Origin: Thermoplasmata archaeon
GTDB taxonomy: Archaea > Thermoplasmatota > Thermoplasmata > Lutacidiplasmatales > UBA184
NCBI GenBank assembly: GCA_021819135.1
Contig: JAKASE010000008.1
Location: forward strand, 3,243 to 67,242
Direction of reading: 5' to 3'
DNA length: 64,000 bases
Part shown: positions 55,747-63,517 of the stretch, one piece after another
Position numbering within the stretch: position 1 is the stretch's first letter
Layout: the number at the start of each line of letters is the position of its first letter
The notes under the pieces: model-generated
Database searches by the model: none
The model's input: the letters and a program-made list of their open reading frames with translations, nothing else
What the model was told of the DNA's origin: nothing
Made by a program: the position numbers and the translations under genes

Positions 55747-56511
55747 ATGCCCTCGGTGCCCCCGGAACGAGTTACCCCTGTACGCGCGCTCACGAGCGAT
55801 CTATGGTTCACGGTGATCTACCTCCGACCGAAGGACCAGCGGACGATCGAACGCTCCCGACTCAAGGTCTGGTCCGACCCTCTCGTGGCGGGGGGACGTT
55901 CCCGCTCAGGCGCCCTACGAGACGCGTCGCGCCTAGAGTCGTGGGCGGCGCGAGCCGAGGGGATGGGTCGCACGCCGACGATCGCCGCCCAGGCCTCCTG
56001 GCTTTCGCGTTCGACGCGCATCCGGGTTAGGGCCGCCGAGATCGAGCGCGCTCTCGACCATCTCGCCTACTCGGCCGACACTCGCGTCGCACCCGGGGCC
56101 GTAGCCGCCCTCGAACAGCTCCGGAGCGGGGGGATCCGCTTGGGCGTCGTCTCCAACGTGCTACACGAGACCCCCGACGGGCTTCGCCGGGTGCTCCGAC
56201 GCCTCGGCCTCCTCTCCCTGTTCGAGACGTTGGTGCTCTCGTCGGAGCACCCCTGGTCGAAGCCCCGGCCAGAACCTTTCCATCGAGCTTTGGATTCCTT
56301 GGGAGTCCCCCCCGAATCGGCCGCTCACATCGGGGACCTGGAGTACGACGTGACCGGGGCCCAACGGGCCGGCGTGCGCCCGTACCTCTACACGGGCCTG
56401 CACCGGTTCGAACCCGAGCGACTCGGTCGCCTAGTGACCGGCATTGACCCCGCAGTTCCCAGGGTAACACGGTGGCGGGCCCTCCCGTGCCAGCTGCGAC
56501 GCTTGGCATGA
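55747..56511 (+). CDS. HAD-superfamily hydrolase
   Basis: VVSNV motif, SKPRPEPF and IGDLEYDVTGAQRAG. The N-terminal DxD motif is not obvious (SDLWFTVIY), so the start and the activity are uncertain. Confidence 0.65.
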   Translation: MPSVPPERVTPVRALTSDLWFTVIYLRPKDQRTIERSRLKVWSDPLVAGGRSRSGALRDASRLESWAARAEGMGRTPTIAAQASWLSRSTRIRVRAAEIERALDHLAYSADTRVAPGAVAALEQLRSGGIRLGVVSNVLHETPDGLRRVLRRLGLLSLFETLVLSSEHPWSKPRPEPFHRALDSLGVPPESAAHIGDLEYDVTGAQRAGVRPYLYTGLHRFEPERLGRLVTGIDPAVPRVTRWRALPCQLRRLA

Positions 56512-56617
56512 TGGGACCTCCCAGTCTCGAGGGCTACCCACGACCAGTCTCCGTACTGGCGACACCTCGACCGCCAGAAGTGTAGGCCGAAATCGTAGCT
56601 TGGCCCCAGTCACTTGG

Positions 56618-57256
56618 TTAGGACGATCGCCTCTCCCGGTCGGGATGCCCTTGGAGCTCCCGCTCAAGCGTTTCGAGCTCTTGAATCGCATCCTGCGCCT
56701 CGTGACCCTCCGGGGCACTGCCAGGGACCCTGAGATAGGCTGATAGATCACTAACCGGGCCCTCGTCCCACGGCGCCACGTCCCGACGCTCCGGTGCGCG
56801 AGGGGGCTCAGCGCGAAGGGCCGCCAGTTGGGCCTTCATCTCCAGCCACTCCGTGCGGGGCACTTGGAACGTCTCTGTATCGCTGCTCTCTCCCGGTGGT
56901 GAGTCCCGATCCTCGTTCCCAAGAAAGGCGCCGAGGAACCCCCCGACGAGAAGGACCCCGCCGACACCCAGGATAGGCAGGGTCAGCGGTAGCCCTCCGA
57001 CCAAGACTACCGTTCGACTGACTTCGAGCCAGACCCCGTAGGCTACACAGACTCCACCGATCATGAGGTAGGGAATGGAGTCTGCCAGACCGGGCATTCT
57101 GCCATGATCTCTGCGATCTCCAACTGTCTCCTCCGATTCCCTTCTCCGAATCGAGGTGCGGTCGGGCCCCCGGGGATCCGCGAGACGACGAGAGCTGGCC
57201 CCGCGGGAGGCCCTGCGAGGACTGTCTTGAGATGACATCGGAAGGGCGGTCGCCAT
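56618..57256 (-). CDS. Hypothetical two-TM membrane protein with Arg/Ser-rich N-terminal and helical acidic C-terminal regions
   Basis: There are two adjacent hydrophobic helices (IPYLMIGGVCVAYGVWL and LPLTLPILGVGGVLLVGGFLGAFL). A TATA-like CCTTAATTGG lies about 21 nt upstream of the ATG at 57256 (leaderless geometry). An alternative start is at 57097. Third positions are unusually AT-rich. Confidence 0.5.
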   Translation of the reverse strand: MATALPMSSQDSPRRASRGASSRRLADPRGPDRTSIRRRESEETVGDRRDHGRMPGLADSIPYLMIGGVCVAYGVWLEVSRTVVLVGGLPLTLPILGVGGVLLVGGFLGAFLGNEDRDSPPGESSDTETFQVPRTEWLEMKAQLAALRAEPPRAPERRDVAPWDEGPVSDLSAYLRVPGSAPEGHEAQDAIQELETLERELQGHPDRERRSS

Positions 57257-57421
57257 GTGTATCCGTACTTTCCAATTAAGGCGCCGTGGGGGAGGTTCCG
57301 ACCCTCAACGTAGACCGGGCTATGCGTAGTTGCACCGCACTCCCCGGGAGACCACCTCGACGACCTTGCATAGTCGGTCGGCCCGGTGGAGACTCCATCG
57401 AGCACCTACTGATGGGGCCGC

Positions 57422-57439
57422 ATACGTATTTATACGTAT
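57422..57439 (+). promoter_or_regulatory. Tandem 8-bp palindromes overlapping a TTTATA box (promoter/operator of 57490-58059)
   Basis: ATACGTAT-TT-ATACGTAT. TTTATA (57429-34) is embedded in it. GGAGG at 57475-79 lies 10 nt before the ATG at 57490. Confidence 0.45.
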
Positions 57440-57489
57440 AGCGCGCAATTAGTCGGCACCGAGAACCCCCTCGGGGAGGAAACCAAGCG

Positions 57490-58059
57490 ATGGCATCCAA
57501 GCTTCGGCGGCGAACGGTCTATCTGGGAACGATTGTCGGTGCGGTGGCGCTCTTGGCCGGTTTCGCCTTGGCGGCCACGCTAACCACCCAATCCATCTCT
57601 TCCGGACAGAATGCGTATTCGGCCAACTTTGGGAACACGGTGTGGAAGGCGGATGAGTCCGCCACCCCGACCGTGGCCCCTGGTGTTGAAGCGGTTGGCA
57701 CGTGCGGCGCAGTGCCGGGAACGGCGGGGACGGCCTCCCTCTCGGCTGCTTCGCCTAGTGCGACCGAAGTCTATGGCTTGAACGGAACCGGCCACTGTAT
57801 TGTCGGCGACTTCACGGAGGTCTGGACGTTCTCGATCTCGGCCCCCTCGGGTCTTGCCGCGACCGATGTGTTCACTGTAACCGCGGTCTGGGGCGGACCG
57901 GTTCAGACGCCGTACTCGGCAGTTGTCTCGGCTACGGTTACTGCCAGCAACTCGGCAGCTACGGCCACAACGGAAACCCTCTCGTTGGTCGTGGACTTCG
58001 GGACGCTCCCCTCGCCGGGAGTGATCACGAGTCTCAACGTAGTGGTGTCTGGAAGCTGA
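57490..58059 (+). CDS. Secreted or cell-surface beta-rich protein (hypothetical; possible pilin/matrix-type subunit)
   Basis: It has a good TATA, an RBS and an ATG. The N-terminus is a signal or anchor (RRRTVYLGTIVGAVALLAGFALAATL). The mature part is rich in Thr/Ser/Ala/Val with alternating-strand patterns and two Cys. Codon usage is atypical. Confidence 0.65.
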   Translation: MASKLRRRTVYLGTIVGAVALLAGFALAATLTTQSISSGQNAYSANFGNTVWKADESATPTVAPGVEAVGTCGAVPGTAGTASLSAASPSATEVYGLNGTGHCIVGDFTEVWTFSISAPSGLAATDVFTVTAVWGGPVQTPYSAVVSATVTASNSAATATTETLSLVVDFGTLPSPGVITSLNVVVSGS

Positions 58060-58077
58060 AGCGAGCCGGCTTGATTA

Positions 58078-58133
58078 GGACGAACGCGACCAGATGGTCG
58101 TGTCCACTGAACCCTTTCCCCGCCTCCTATTTT
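58078..58133 (+). terminator. Possible terminator of the 57490-58059 transcript
   Basis: A hairpin GGAC..CGACCAGAUGGUCG..GUCC (58078-58105) lies just after the stop codon. It is followed by the only T-run in the area (TATTTTCT, 58128-58135). Confidence 0.3.
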
Positions 58134-58392
58134 CTACTGCAAGGGTGGGGCACCGTGGGGCGTCGACGCACTGGCGCCGGGTCTGTGAGTAGACGAGCCG
58201 ACCCCCGCCGCCCCCGGCGGAACAAGGACGGCCAACCCCCCGTTCCCTGGCTCCATCCAAGCAGGGACCCAACGGAAGGCCCCGGTAGGCACTCCGAGTT
58301 GCAAGGTACCGGCGGGTGCCCGCGACTTTTCCGGATGTAATGGCGGTCGCAGGCGCAGTTCTGCGGCCACGGGCTTATAGCAGAGAAGTGAC
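58128..58392. ncRNA. Candidate structured non-coding RNA (identity and strand unresolved; RNase P RNA-like motifs)
   Basis: The interval has no protein-like frame.

Nested helices:
- 58131-40 with 58380-88.
- 58148-54 (GGGCACC) with 58315-21 (GGUGCCC).
- 58175-80 with 58309-14.
- 58197-203 with 58284-90.

Local hairpins are at 58205-20, 58230-52, 58264-83 and 58345-68.

Plus-strand motifs that are colinear with RNase P conserved blocks are GCAAGGGUG, GGCCAACCCC, CCAAGCAGGG, GGUAGGC, GGAUGUAAUGG and GGGCUUAUAG. However, there is no GAGGAAAGUCC (CR-I) on that strand. Confidence 0.4.
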
Positions 58393-58405
58393 CCTCTACT
58401 AGTCC

Positions 58406-60379
58406 GTGCCCCAGGGCAAACGAACGTCAAGAAGGGGCGCCAAAGCCACCAAGGACATCGAGCCCCCCGCTGAGGGCAACGACTCTACGCTGGACCGCAC
58501 CTCCGCCACCGACGGGAGCGAGGGGGCCCCATCGGGAGAGACAGAGACTTTCACGCCGTCCACCGATGGGTCTATCCCTCGCTCTTTGGCCGGCACGGAT
58601 TCTCTGGAGACCACGGTAGGCGGACCGGCACCACTCGCTCCCCCTGTCCCGCAGACGTTCGACGAGCTCGCCCGGAAGGCGGCGAAGGCCGGGCCCCGGC
58701 GAGGTTCCGTCGTCCAGCCGCCGCCGGCCTGGCAACCCGACGAGGTAACCCTCGGGTTCGCGATGATCGCGGACAAGTCGGGGGGGATGCACGAGCTCGA
58801 GGAACCCGCGGTGCTCGCCACGATCCTGATCGCGGTCGAGAACGACCGTCGCGCCCTGCGGAACCGCTTCGCGGGCGGGTTCGACGAGGAGATCGACGCG
58901 GTCGCCCAGCTGTTCTGGCCCCTGCTCGTGATGCACGGGGGCCCCGATGGGGGCGCCGCGATCTTCGATGGAACCGGGGTGTGGAAGCGGACGTTCCGGT
59001 ACACCCTTCTACCGTCGGTGGACGGGGTCCGGCCCCTCCTCGACGCCTCGAAACCCCCGAACGAGTATCTCACCCAGATGCGGGCCCTGACCCCGTACTT
59101 CTCGCGGGACCCGGGCGCCGAGGTCCTGACCGTGGAAGGGTTCCTGCCCCTCGACCCCCCGCTCCTGTTCGACGTCCTCTCCCAGAGCCGCTTCCGCTCC
59201 GATCCCCAGTCCGCCCACGCCGCCTTCCTCCCCGCCCGTCACAAAGTGGAATGGTACGAGGAGGTCGTCCGCCAGATGCGGCAGTGGCTGGACCGGTTCG
59301 AGAGCGACCTCCGCACCCTCGGCGACCTCCGCGGCCAGATCGATACGATCCTGAAGGAGACGCGCGGCCGACTCGAGCAGCAGTACCGGGCGGAGCGGGA
59401 GGCCGGCGAACAACGGGTGAACGCCGTGCTCGCGCAGGTCGAGGAGGAGCTTGCGCACCTCGAGCGGTCCCACCGGGCCGATATCCGGCAGTACCTCGAC
59501 GTGATCCGTCGGGGTCAGAGCGCGGTCGCGCACCACGAGACCGCGATCGCGACCTCCGACACCCTCGCCTTCCGGGCGAACACCCGTAGGACCGACGCCT
59601 CCCCGCACGAGGCCCGGGGCAAGCAGGCCCGGGCGGAGATCCGTACCCACTCTCGTCAGGTCGCCGAGAGCCGACGGCAGATCGAACAGATCCACGCGCG
59701 GCAGCGAGCCGACGAGGAACGGGTGATCGGGAAGGCGGTGGACGCCGAGCGGGCCAACGCGAAACGCTACTCCGATCTCGAGCTGTTCCACGACGAGTAC
59801 GCGACGGCCGGCGTCGATATCCTGCAGGCGATCGACGGACAGATCGCCGCCCGGTCGACCCAGAAGAACCTGCTCGAGGGCTACTTTCTCCCCCTCCCCT
59901 CACTGGCGACGGTCAGCGTCGTCTGGTTCCCGCTCTGGGCCGCGACGCTCCGGGGTTCCCGTGGGGTACGACAGGTCGTCTTTCCCCCGATGCAGGTGCG
60001 GACCGGGCTCGGTCCGCTGGGGGCCCTCAAGAAGCTCTTCGGGGGGATCGTCCTGCCGCTCGAGCCCCGGACCGAGCAGTTCGACAAGGTGCTCCGTCCG
60101 ACCATGGAGGAAGCCCTCTCGCGCGACCCGTGGCTGTCCTCCGCCACGCAGGAGCTCACCCGGGCGGCGGACGTGCTCGTGGACCCGGACGTCCTCGACC
60201 GGCTGAGAACCGGGCTGGGTGCTCTCGCGCGCGAGAAGTGGATCACCCACAAGCAGGAAGCAGAGTTCCTCGAGGTCTATGTGGAGCGGGCACGACGTCG
60301 GTCGGGCGGGGGACCCGCTCCCCCGGGCCAAGTACCTCCCGGGGCGCGGGTCGACGGCCCCCCGACCCGGTCATCGTGA
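58406..60379 (+). CDS. Large orphan protein: low-complexity N-terminus, alpha/beta domain, about 200-aa coiled coil, C-terminal domain
   Basis: 657-aa ORF from the GTG at 58406. Alternative starts are the TTG at 58586 and the ATG at 58763. GC-rich third positions begin at about 58655. The central segment (QMRQWLDRFESDLRTL ... ERANAKRYSDLE) is heptad-like. A hydrophobic W-(F)P-L motif occurs twice (AQLFWPLLVM and VSVVWFPLWAA). No family was recognised. Confidence 0.7.
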   Translation: MPQGKRTSRRGAKATKDIEPPAEGNDSTLDRTSATDGSEGAPSGETETFTPSTDGSIPRSLAGTDSLETTVGGPAPLAPPVPQTFDELARKAAKAGPRRGSVVQPPPAWQPDEVTLGFAMIADKSGGMHELEEPAVLATILIAVENDRRALRNRFAGGFDEEIDAVAQLFWPLLVMHGGPDGGAAIFDGTGVWKRTFRYTLLPSVDGVRPLLDASKPPNEYLTQMRALTPYFSRDPGAEVLTVEGFLPLDPPLLFDVLSQSRFRSDPQSAHAAFLPARHKVEWYEEVVRQMRQWLDRFESDLRTLGDLRGQIDTILKETRGRLEQQYRAEREAGEQRVNAVLAQVEEELAHLERSHRADIRQYLDVIRRGQSAVAHHETAIATSDTLAFRANTRRTDASPHEARGKQARAEIRTHSRQVAESRRQIEQIHARQRADEERVIGKAVDAERANAKRYSDLELFHDEYATAGVDILQAIDGQIAARSTQKNLLEGYFLPLPSLATVSVVWFPLWAATLRGSRGVRQVVFPPMQVRTGLGPLGALKKLFGGIVLPLEPRTEQFDKVLRPTMEEALSRDPWLSSATQELTRAADVLVDPDVLDRLRTGLGALAREKWITHKQEAEFLEVYVERARRRSGGGPAPPGQVPPGARVDGPPTRSS

Positions 60380-60521
60380 GCCGCCATGGTACCAAACGAG
60401 AGCCTCTCGGGGGACAAGGAGGGATCTCGAGCCATCCCCTCGACAGCGGCCGCGACCCGCATTCCTCTCGTCAGCTAAGGTAAAGAGCCGGGCCATTCCC
60501 TCGCTCACAGGTACAGGCGCC

Positions 60522-61217
60522 ATGACCAAGCGGGAGAACCTGTTTCGGCCGATCCATAAGGGGATCCGGTCGATGGTCTACGAACTCGGACTGCGTCTCG
60601 GCGTGACCGATTTCACGAGCGTTCGGGAGTCGAACGAGATTGCCACCCAGCTCGAGCGCGAGCTGACCAGCGTCTCGTCGAACTGTATCCTCTGCCTGCT
60701 CCGGATCCACTCGGTCCATGAGGAACGGGACCTGTTCGCTCCGGTCCGATCGGACGATCCGGAGATCATCGCGCTCATGATGTCCGAGCACCACGAGATC
60801 GTCCGACGCATCGAGGGGGTCGCCCGGACCTGCGGGGAGCTCCTCGGGTCGACCGAACCGGCCCGTCGCGTCGAGATCGGGGACCGGTTGACCCTGGAGA
60901 CGAACGATCTCTTTGCCTACTACCTCGCCCACCTCAACAACGAGGAGGCCACCCTCGTACCGGTCATGTGGGAGCGCTTCACCGACGAGCAGTTGCGGGC
61001 GATGCGGGCCCGGTTCTACAATACGATCCCGCTCGATCGCTTCGAGACCTGGATGCGCTGGACCCTACCGGCCCTGAACCCCCACGAGCTCGAGGTGCTC
61101 GTCTCGGGCATGCGCACGGACCCGGCCCCGAACCGGTTCGCGGACGTGCTCCGCGTCTGCCGGGAGGCCCTGCCCGCCGATCGCTGGTCGCAGCTCGAGT
61201 CTCGGATCGGAAACTGA
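60522..61217 (+). CDS. Hemerythrin-like (HHE cation-binding) domain protein
   Basis: FRPIHKGIR, HSVHEERDLF, MSEHHEI and YLAHLNNEE form the H/E metal-ligand pattern of hemerythrin-like domains. ATG at 60522. Confidence 0.8.
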   Translation: MTKRENLFRPIHKGIRSMVYELGLRLGVTDFTSVRESNEIATQLERELTSVSSNCILCLLRIHSVHEERDLFAPVRSDDPEIIALMMSEHHEIVRRIEGVARTCGELLGSTEPARRVEIGDRLTLETNDLFAYYLAHLNNEEATLVPVMWERFTDEQLRAMRARFYNTIPLDRFETWMRWTLPALNPHELEVLVSGMRTDPAPNRFADVLRVCREALPADRWSQLESRIGN

Positions 61218-61280
61218 CCTCCGGCCGAGCCGAGCCCGAGCGGCCGTCTCTTCGCCGCGGGGGGGACGAGGGCGTTAGGT

Positions 61281-61724
61281 TCAGTGGATGTCGAACTCGT
61301 TTCCCTCGGGGTCCAACATCGCGACCCCGTAGTGGTCGACGCCGGGTTCGAAGAGGGCACGGAGTCGCGTCGCGCCGAGCGCGACGAGCCGTTCGGCCTC
61401 CGCGTCTACGCGGGTCCGCCGGCGCTCGAGGGGGACGGAACGCCCTCCGCCCGCCTCGATATCGAAATGGAGTCGGTTCTTCGTGGTCTTGGGGTCCTCC
61501 ACGATCTGGAACCAGATCCGAGGGCCGGCCCCCTCCGGGTCGACCAAGCGGTCCGGTCCCACGCCGAGCTCCTCGTCCGGGACGCCGACGTCCTTCCAGT
61601 AGTCATCCCAGGAGTCGAAACCTGAGGGCGGGGGCGGAACCACGTACCCCAGGGCCTTCCCCCAGAACTCCGACATCCGGGCGGGGTCTCGGCAGTCGAT
61701 CGTGATCTGGAACGGGACCGGCAT
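61281..61724 (-). CDS. VOC (glyoxalase/bleomycin-resistance fold) family protein
   Basis: 147 aa from the ATG at 61722-61724. The typical pattern is FQITIDCRDPARMSEFWGKALGY...RLHFDIE...GVAMLDPEGNEFDI. Confidence 0.8.
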   Translation of the reverse strand: MPVPFQITIDCRDPARMSEFWGKALGYVVPPPPSGFDSWDDYWKDVGVPDEELGVGPDRLVDPEGAGPRIWFQIVEDPKTTKNRLHFDIEAGGGRSVPLERRRTRVDAEAERLVALGATRLRALFEPGVDHYGVAMLDPEGNEFDIH

Positions 61725-61830
61725 GAGAACCTCCGTCCCCGGGCGACGCCGGACCCCATAGGCGTATCGGTGGTCCGGGTCCTCGGGGGACGCCGGGCCC
61801 GGTTCCGCGGCCGATCGACGGCCGAGAACA

Positions 61831-62403
61831 CTACGAGCGGCCCCGCAGCACGAACGAGCGGACCGGGCGTTGGACACTCCCCTCGTCCCAGACGAGCGAG
61901 AGCGATCGGACCGGTACGCTCCACCGGAACCCGTCGAGGTCGAGCGCGGAAAGGACGGAGCAGACGGTAGGCTCCGACAACGGTACCGAGTTGCGCTCTT
62001 CGCCGTGCGCGAGCGTGATGTGCGGGACCCATCGCCCCGGGAGATAGTACTCCATCGGGTCCCGAACGTGAGGCGCCACGGCCGACCAGATCCGGCGATG
62101 CACCGCCCGGAGGTGCGGGTCCGCCACGACGCGGATGAACACCACCGGCCAGGGCCCGGGGAACGTCGCCACCCCATCGGTCCGGACCACGAACGGCGGG
62201 AGAGTGCCGGCCAGCCGCGCGAGGGCCGATTCGAGCGCGTCCCGGTCGTAGTCGGCCGCGACCTGGTAGCTGAAGTGTGGGAACGGCATGACGAGGACCC
62301 CGCGGAGGCCGTGGTCGCGCTCGAGCCGTCGCCAGATCGCCCGGACCCGGCGCGCGAACGGGGAGGGCAGGCGCGAGACGATCCCGTGCTTCGGCGGACC
62401 CAT
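61831..62403 (-). CDS. 2H phosphoesterase / 2'-5' RNA ligase (LigT-like)
   Basis: There are two H-x-T/S motifs (PHFSY and PHITLA) about 90 aa apart, in a protein of about 190 aa. Confidence 0.8.
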   Translation of the reverse strand: MGPPKHGIVSRLPSPFARRVRAIWRRLERDHGLRGVLVMPFPHFSYQVAADYDRDALESALARLAGTLPPFVVRTDGVATFPGPWPVVFIRVVADPHLRAVHRRIWSAVAPHVRDPMEYYLPGRWVPHITLAHGEERNSVPLSEPTVCSVLSALDLDGFRWSVPVRSLSLVWDEGSVQRPVRSFVLRGRS

Positions 62404-62502
62404 GCACGCGCATGACCCCTCCCGCTATAGGGACCGACGAACGCGGCGGCTCGGCCCCCCCGCGAGTTCCGCGTTCGCTCTCCAGGGACAACCGGAGCGA
62501 CC

Positions 62503-63171
62503 CTAGGTCGCCTTGGTGGCCTCGACGACCTGCTCGAGGAACTGCCCTTCGGGAAGCGCGCCCTCGAACTCCACGCGGTCGTTGACCACGATCTTCGGGA
62601 CCGCCATCACCGTGTACCGGTCCGCCAGCGCCGGGAACTCCATCGACTCGACCATCTCGGCGTCGATCTGCTCGGGGTTGGAGAGGGAGAACCTGTGCGC
62701 CATCCGCACGGCCGCCGGGCAGTACGGACACGTCGGGGTCACGAACACCTGGATGTGTGCGGGGGACCCGATGCCGTGGAGCGACTCGGTGGTCTTCGGC
62801 GCGAGCTTCGCGGCTCCCGCGATGACATCGACGATGTCCTCGAGGACCGCGGTGAATTCGTACCCCCCCGGTAGCCCGTAGAACTTGAGCGCGTACCTCA
62901 GGTCCGGGTCCGAGACGACCGTCGCGGGGGTGCGGCGGACCTTCAGGCGGTCCGCGAGCTCGCGGTCGTCCTCGATCGCGTGGTGCTCTGCGGTGACCCG
63001 CCCCTTGGAGACCGCGGCCAGCTCCTCGGCGAGTTGCTTGACCTCGTCGCAGTACATGCACTCCAGCTTCCCCTTCTTCGTCCCGAACGTGATCAGGCGC
63101 GCGGTTCCCGCGGGTGGGAGGTGCTTCTCGAAGTACTTCGTGATCTCGGCTCGGTTCTCTTCGTCCAACAT
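62503..63171 (-). CDS. Protein disulfide oxidoreductase (two thioredoxin-fold units, PDO type)
   Basis: Two CxxC sites (CMYC and CPYC), the glutaredoxin-like C-terminal unit VFVTPTCPYCPAAV...VMAVPKIVVN, and a length of 222 aa from the ATG at 63169-63171. Confidence 0.85.
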   Translation of the reverse strand: MLDEENRAEITKYFEKHLPPAGTARLITFGTKKGKLECMYCDEVKQLAEELAAVSKGRVTAEHHAIEDDRELADRLKVRRTPATVVSDPDLRYALKFYGLPGGYEFTAVLEDIVDVIAGAAKLAPKTTESLHGIGSPAHIQVFVTPTCPYCPAAVRMAHRFSLSNPEQIDAEMVESMEFPALADRYTVMAVPKIVVNDRVEFEGALPEGQFLEQVVEATKAT

Positions 63172-63303
63172 GATCTTCTTTCTCTCTGCGGAGCGCTCGT
63201 GGACGCGGTCAGCCGACCGCCGGATGACCGTCGCGGGGATCGATCGTGCCACGGTGCGTGCTCATCGCGCCCAGCGACCGGGACCGAGAGCAAGAGCCAA
63301 GCG

Positions 63304-63317
63304 GTTGCATATGCAAC
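63304..63317. promoter_or_regulatory. Perfect 14-bp palindrome (candidate operator) in the PDO / secreted-protein divergent region
   Basis: GTTGCATATGCAAC. It overlaps a second inverted repeat, CAACGG-N8-CCGTTG (63315-63334). Confidence 0.35.
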
Positions 63318-63517
63318 GGGGCACGAGCCGTTGTCCCCCCCAAGGAACGCCGACTCATCTTCTTCGAGAACGCCCGTGAGCCCCTAGGTACGCTACGCCC
63401 GACCGGTCGCGCCTTCCCCCGGTGGAAGGGCGACGACGGCCGTGGTGGTGGCCAGGTTCGGGTCCCGTTCCCGGAGGAGAGATATAGCGGGGCTCGCTGG
63501 CGACCTTCCGGTAGGCC

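Noticed and set aside
58257-58292. SRP (7S) RNA helix 8, suggested by GGAAGG and GGUAGGCA.
   Set aside because: The GGAA is not closed by a proper stem. The conserved AGCA/AGG symmetric-loop residues are missing on the 3' side. The overall fold has a hairpin on the 3' arm, unlike archaeal SRP RNA.
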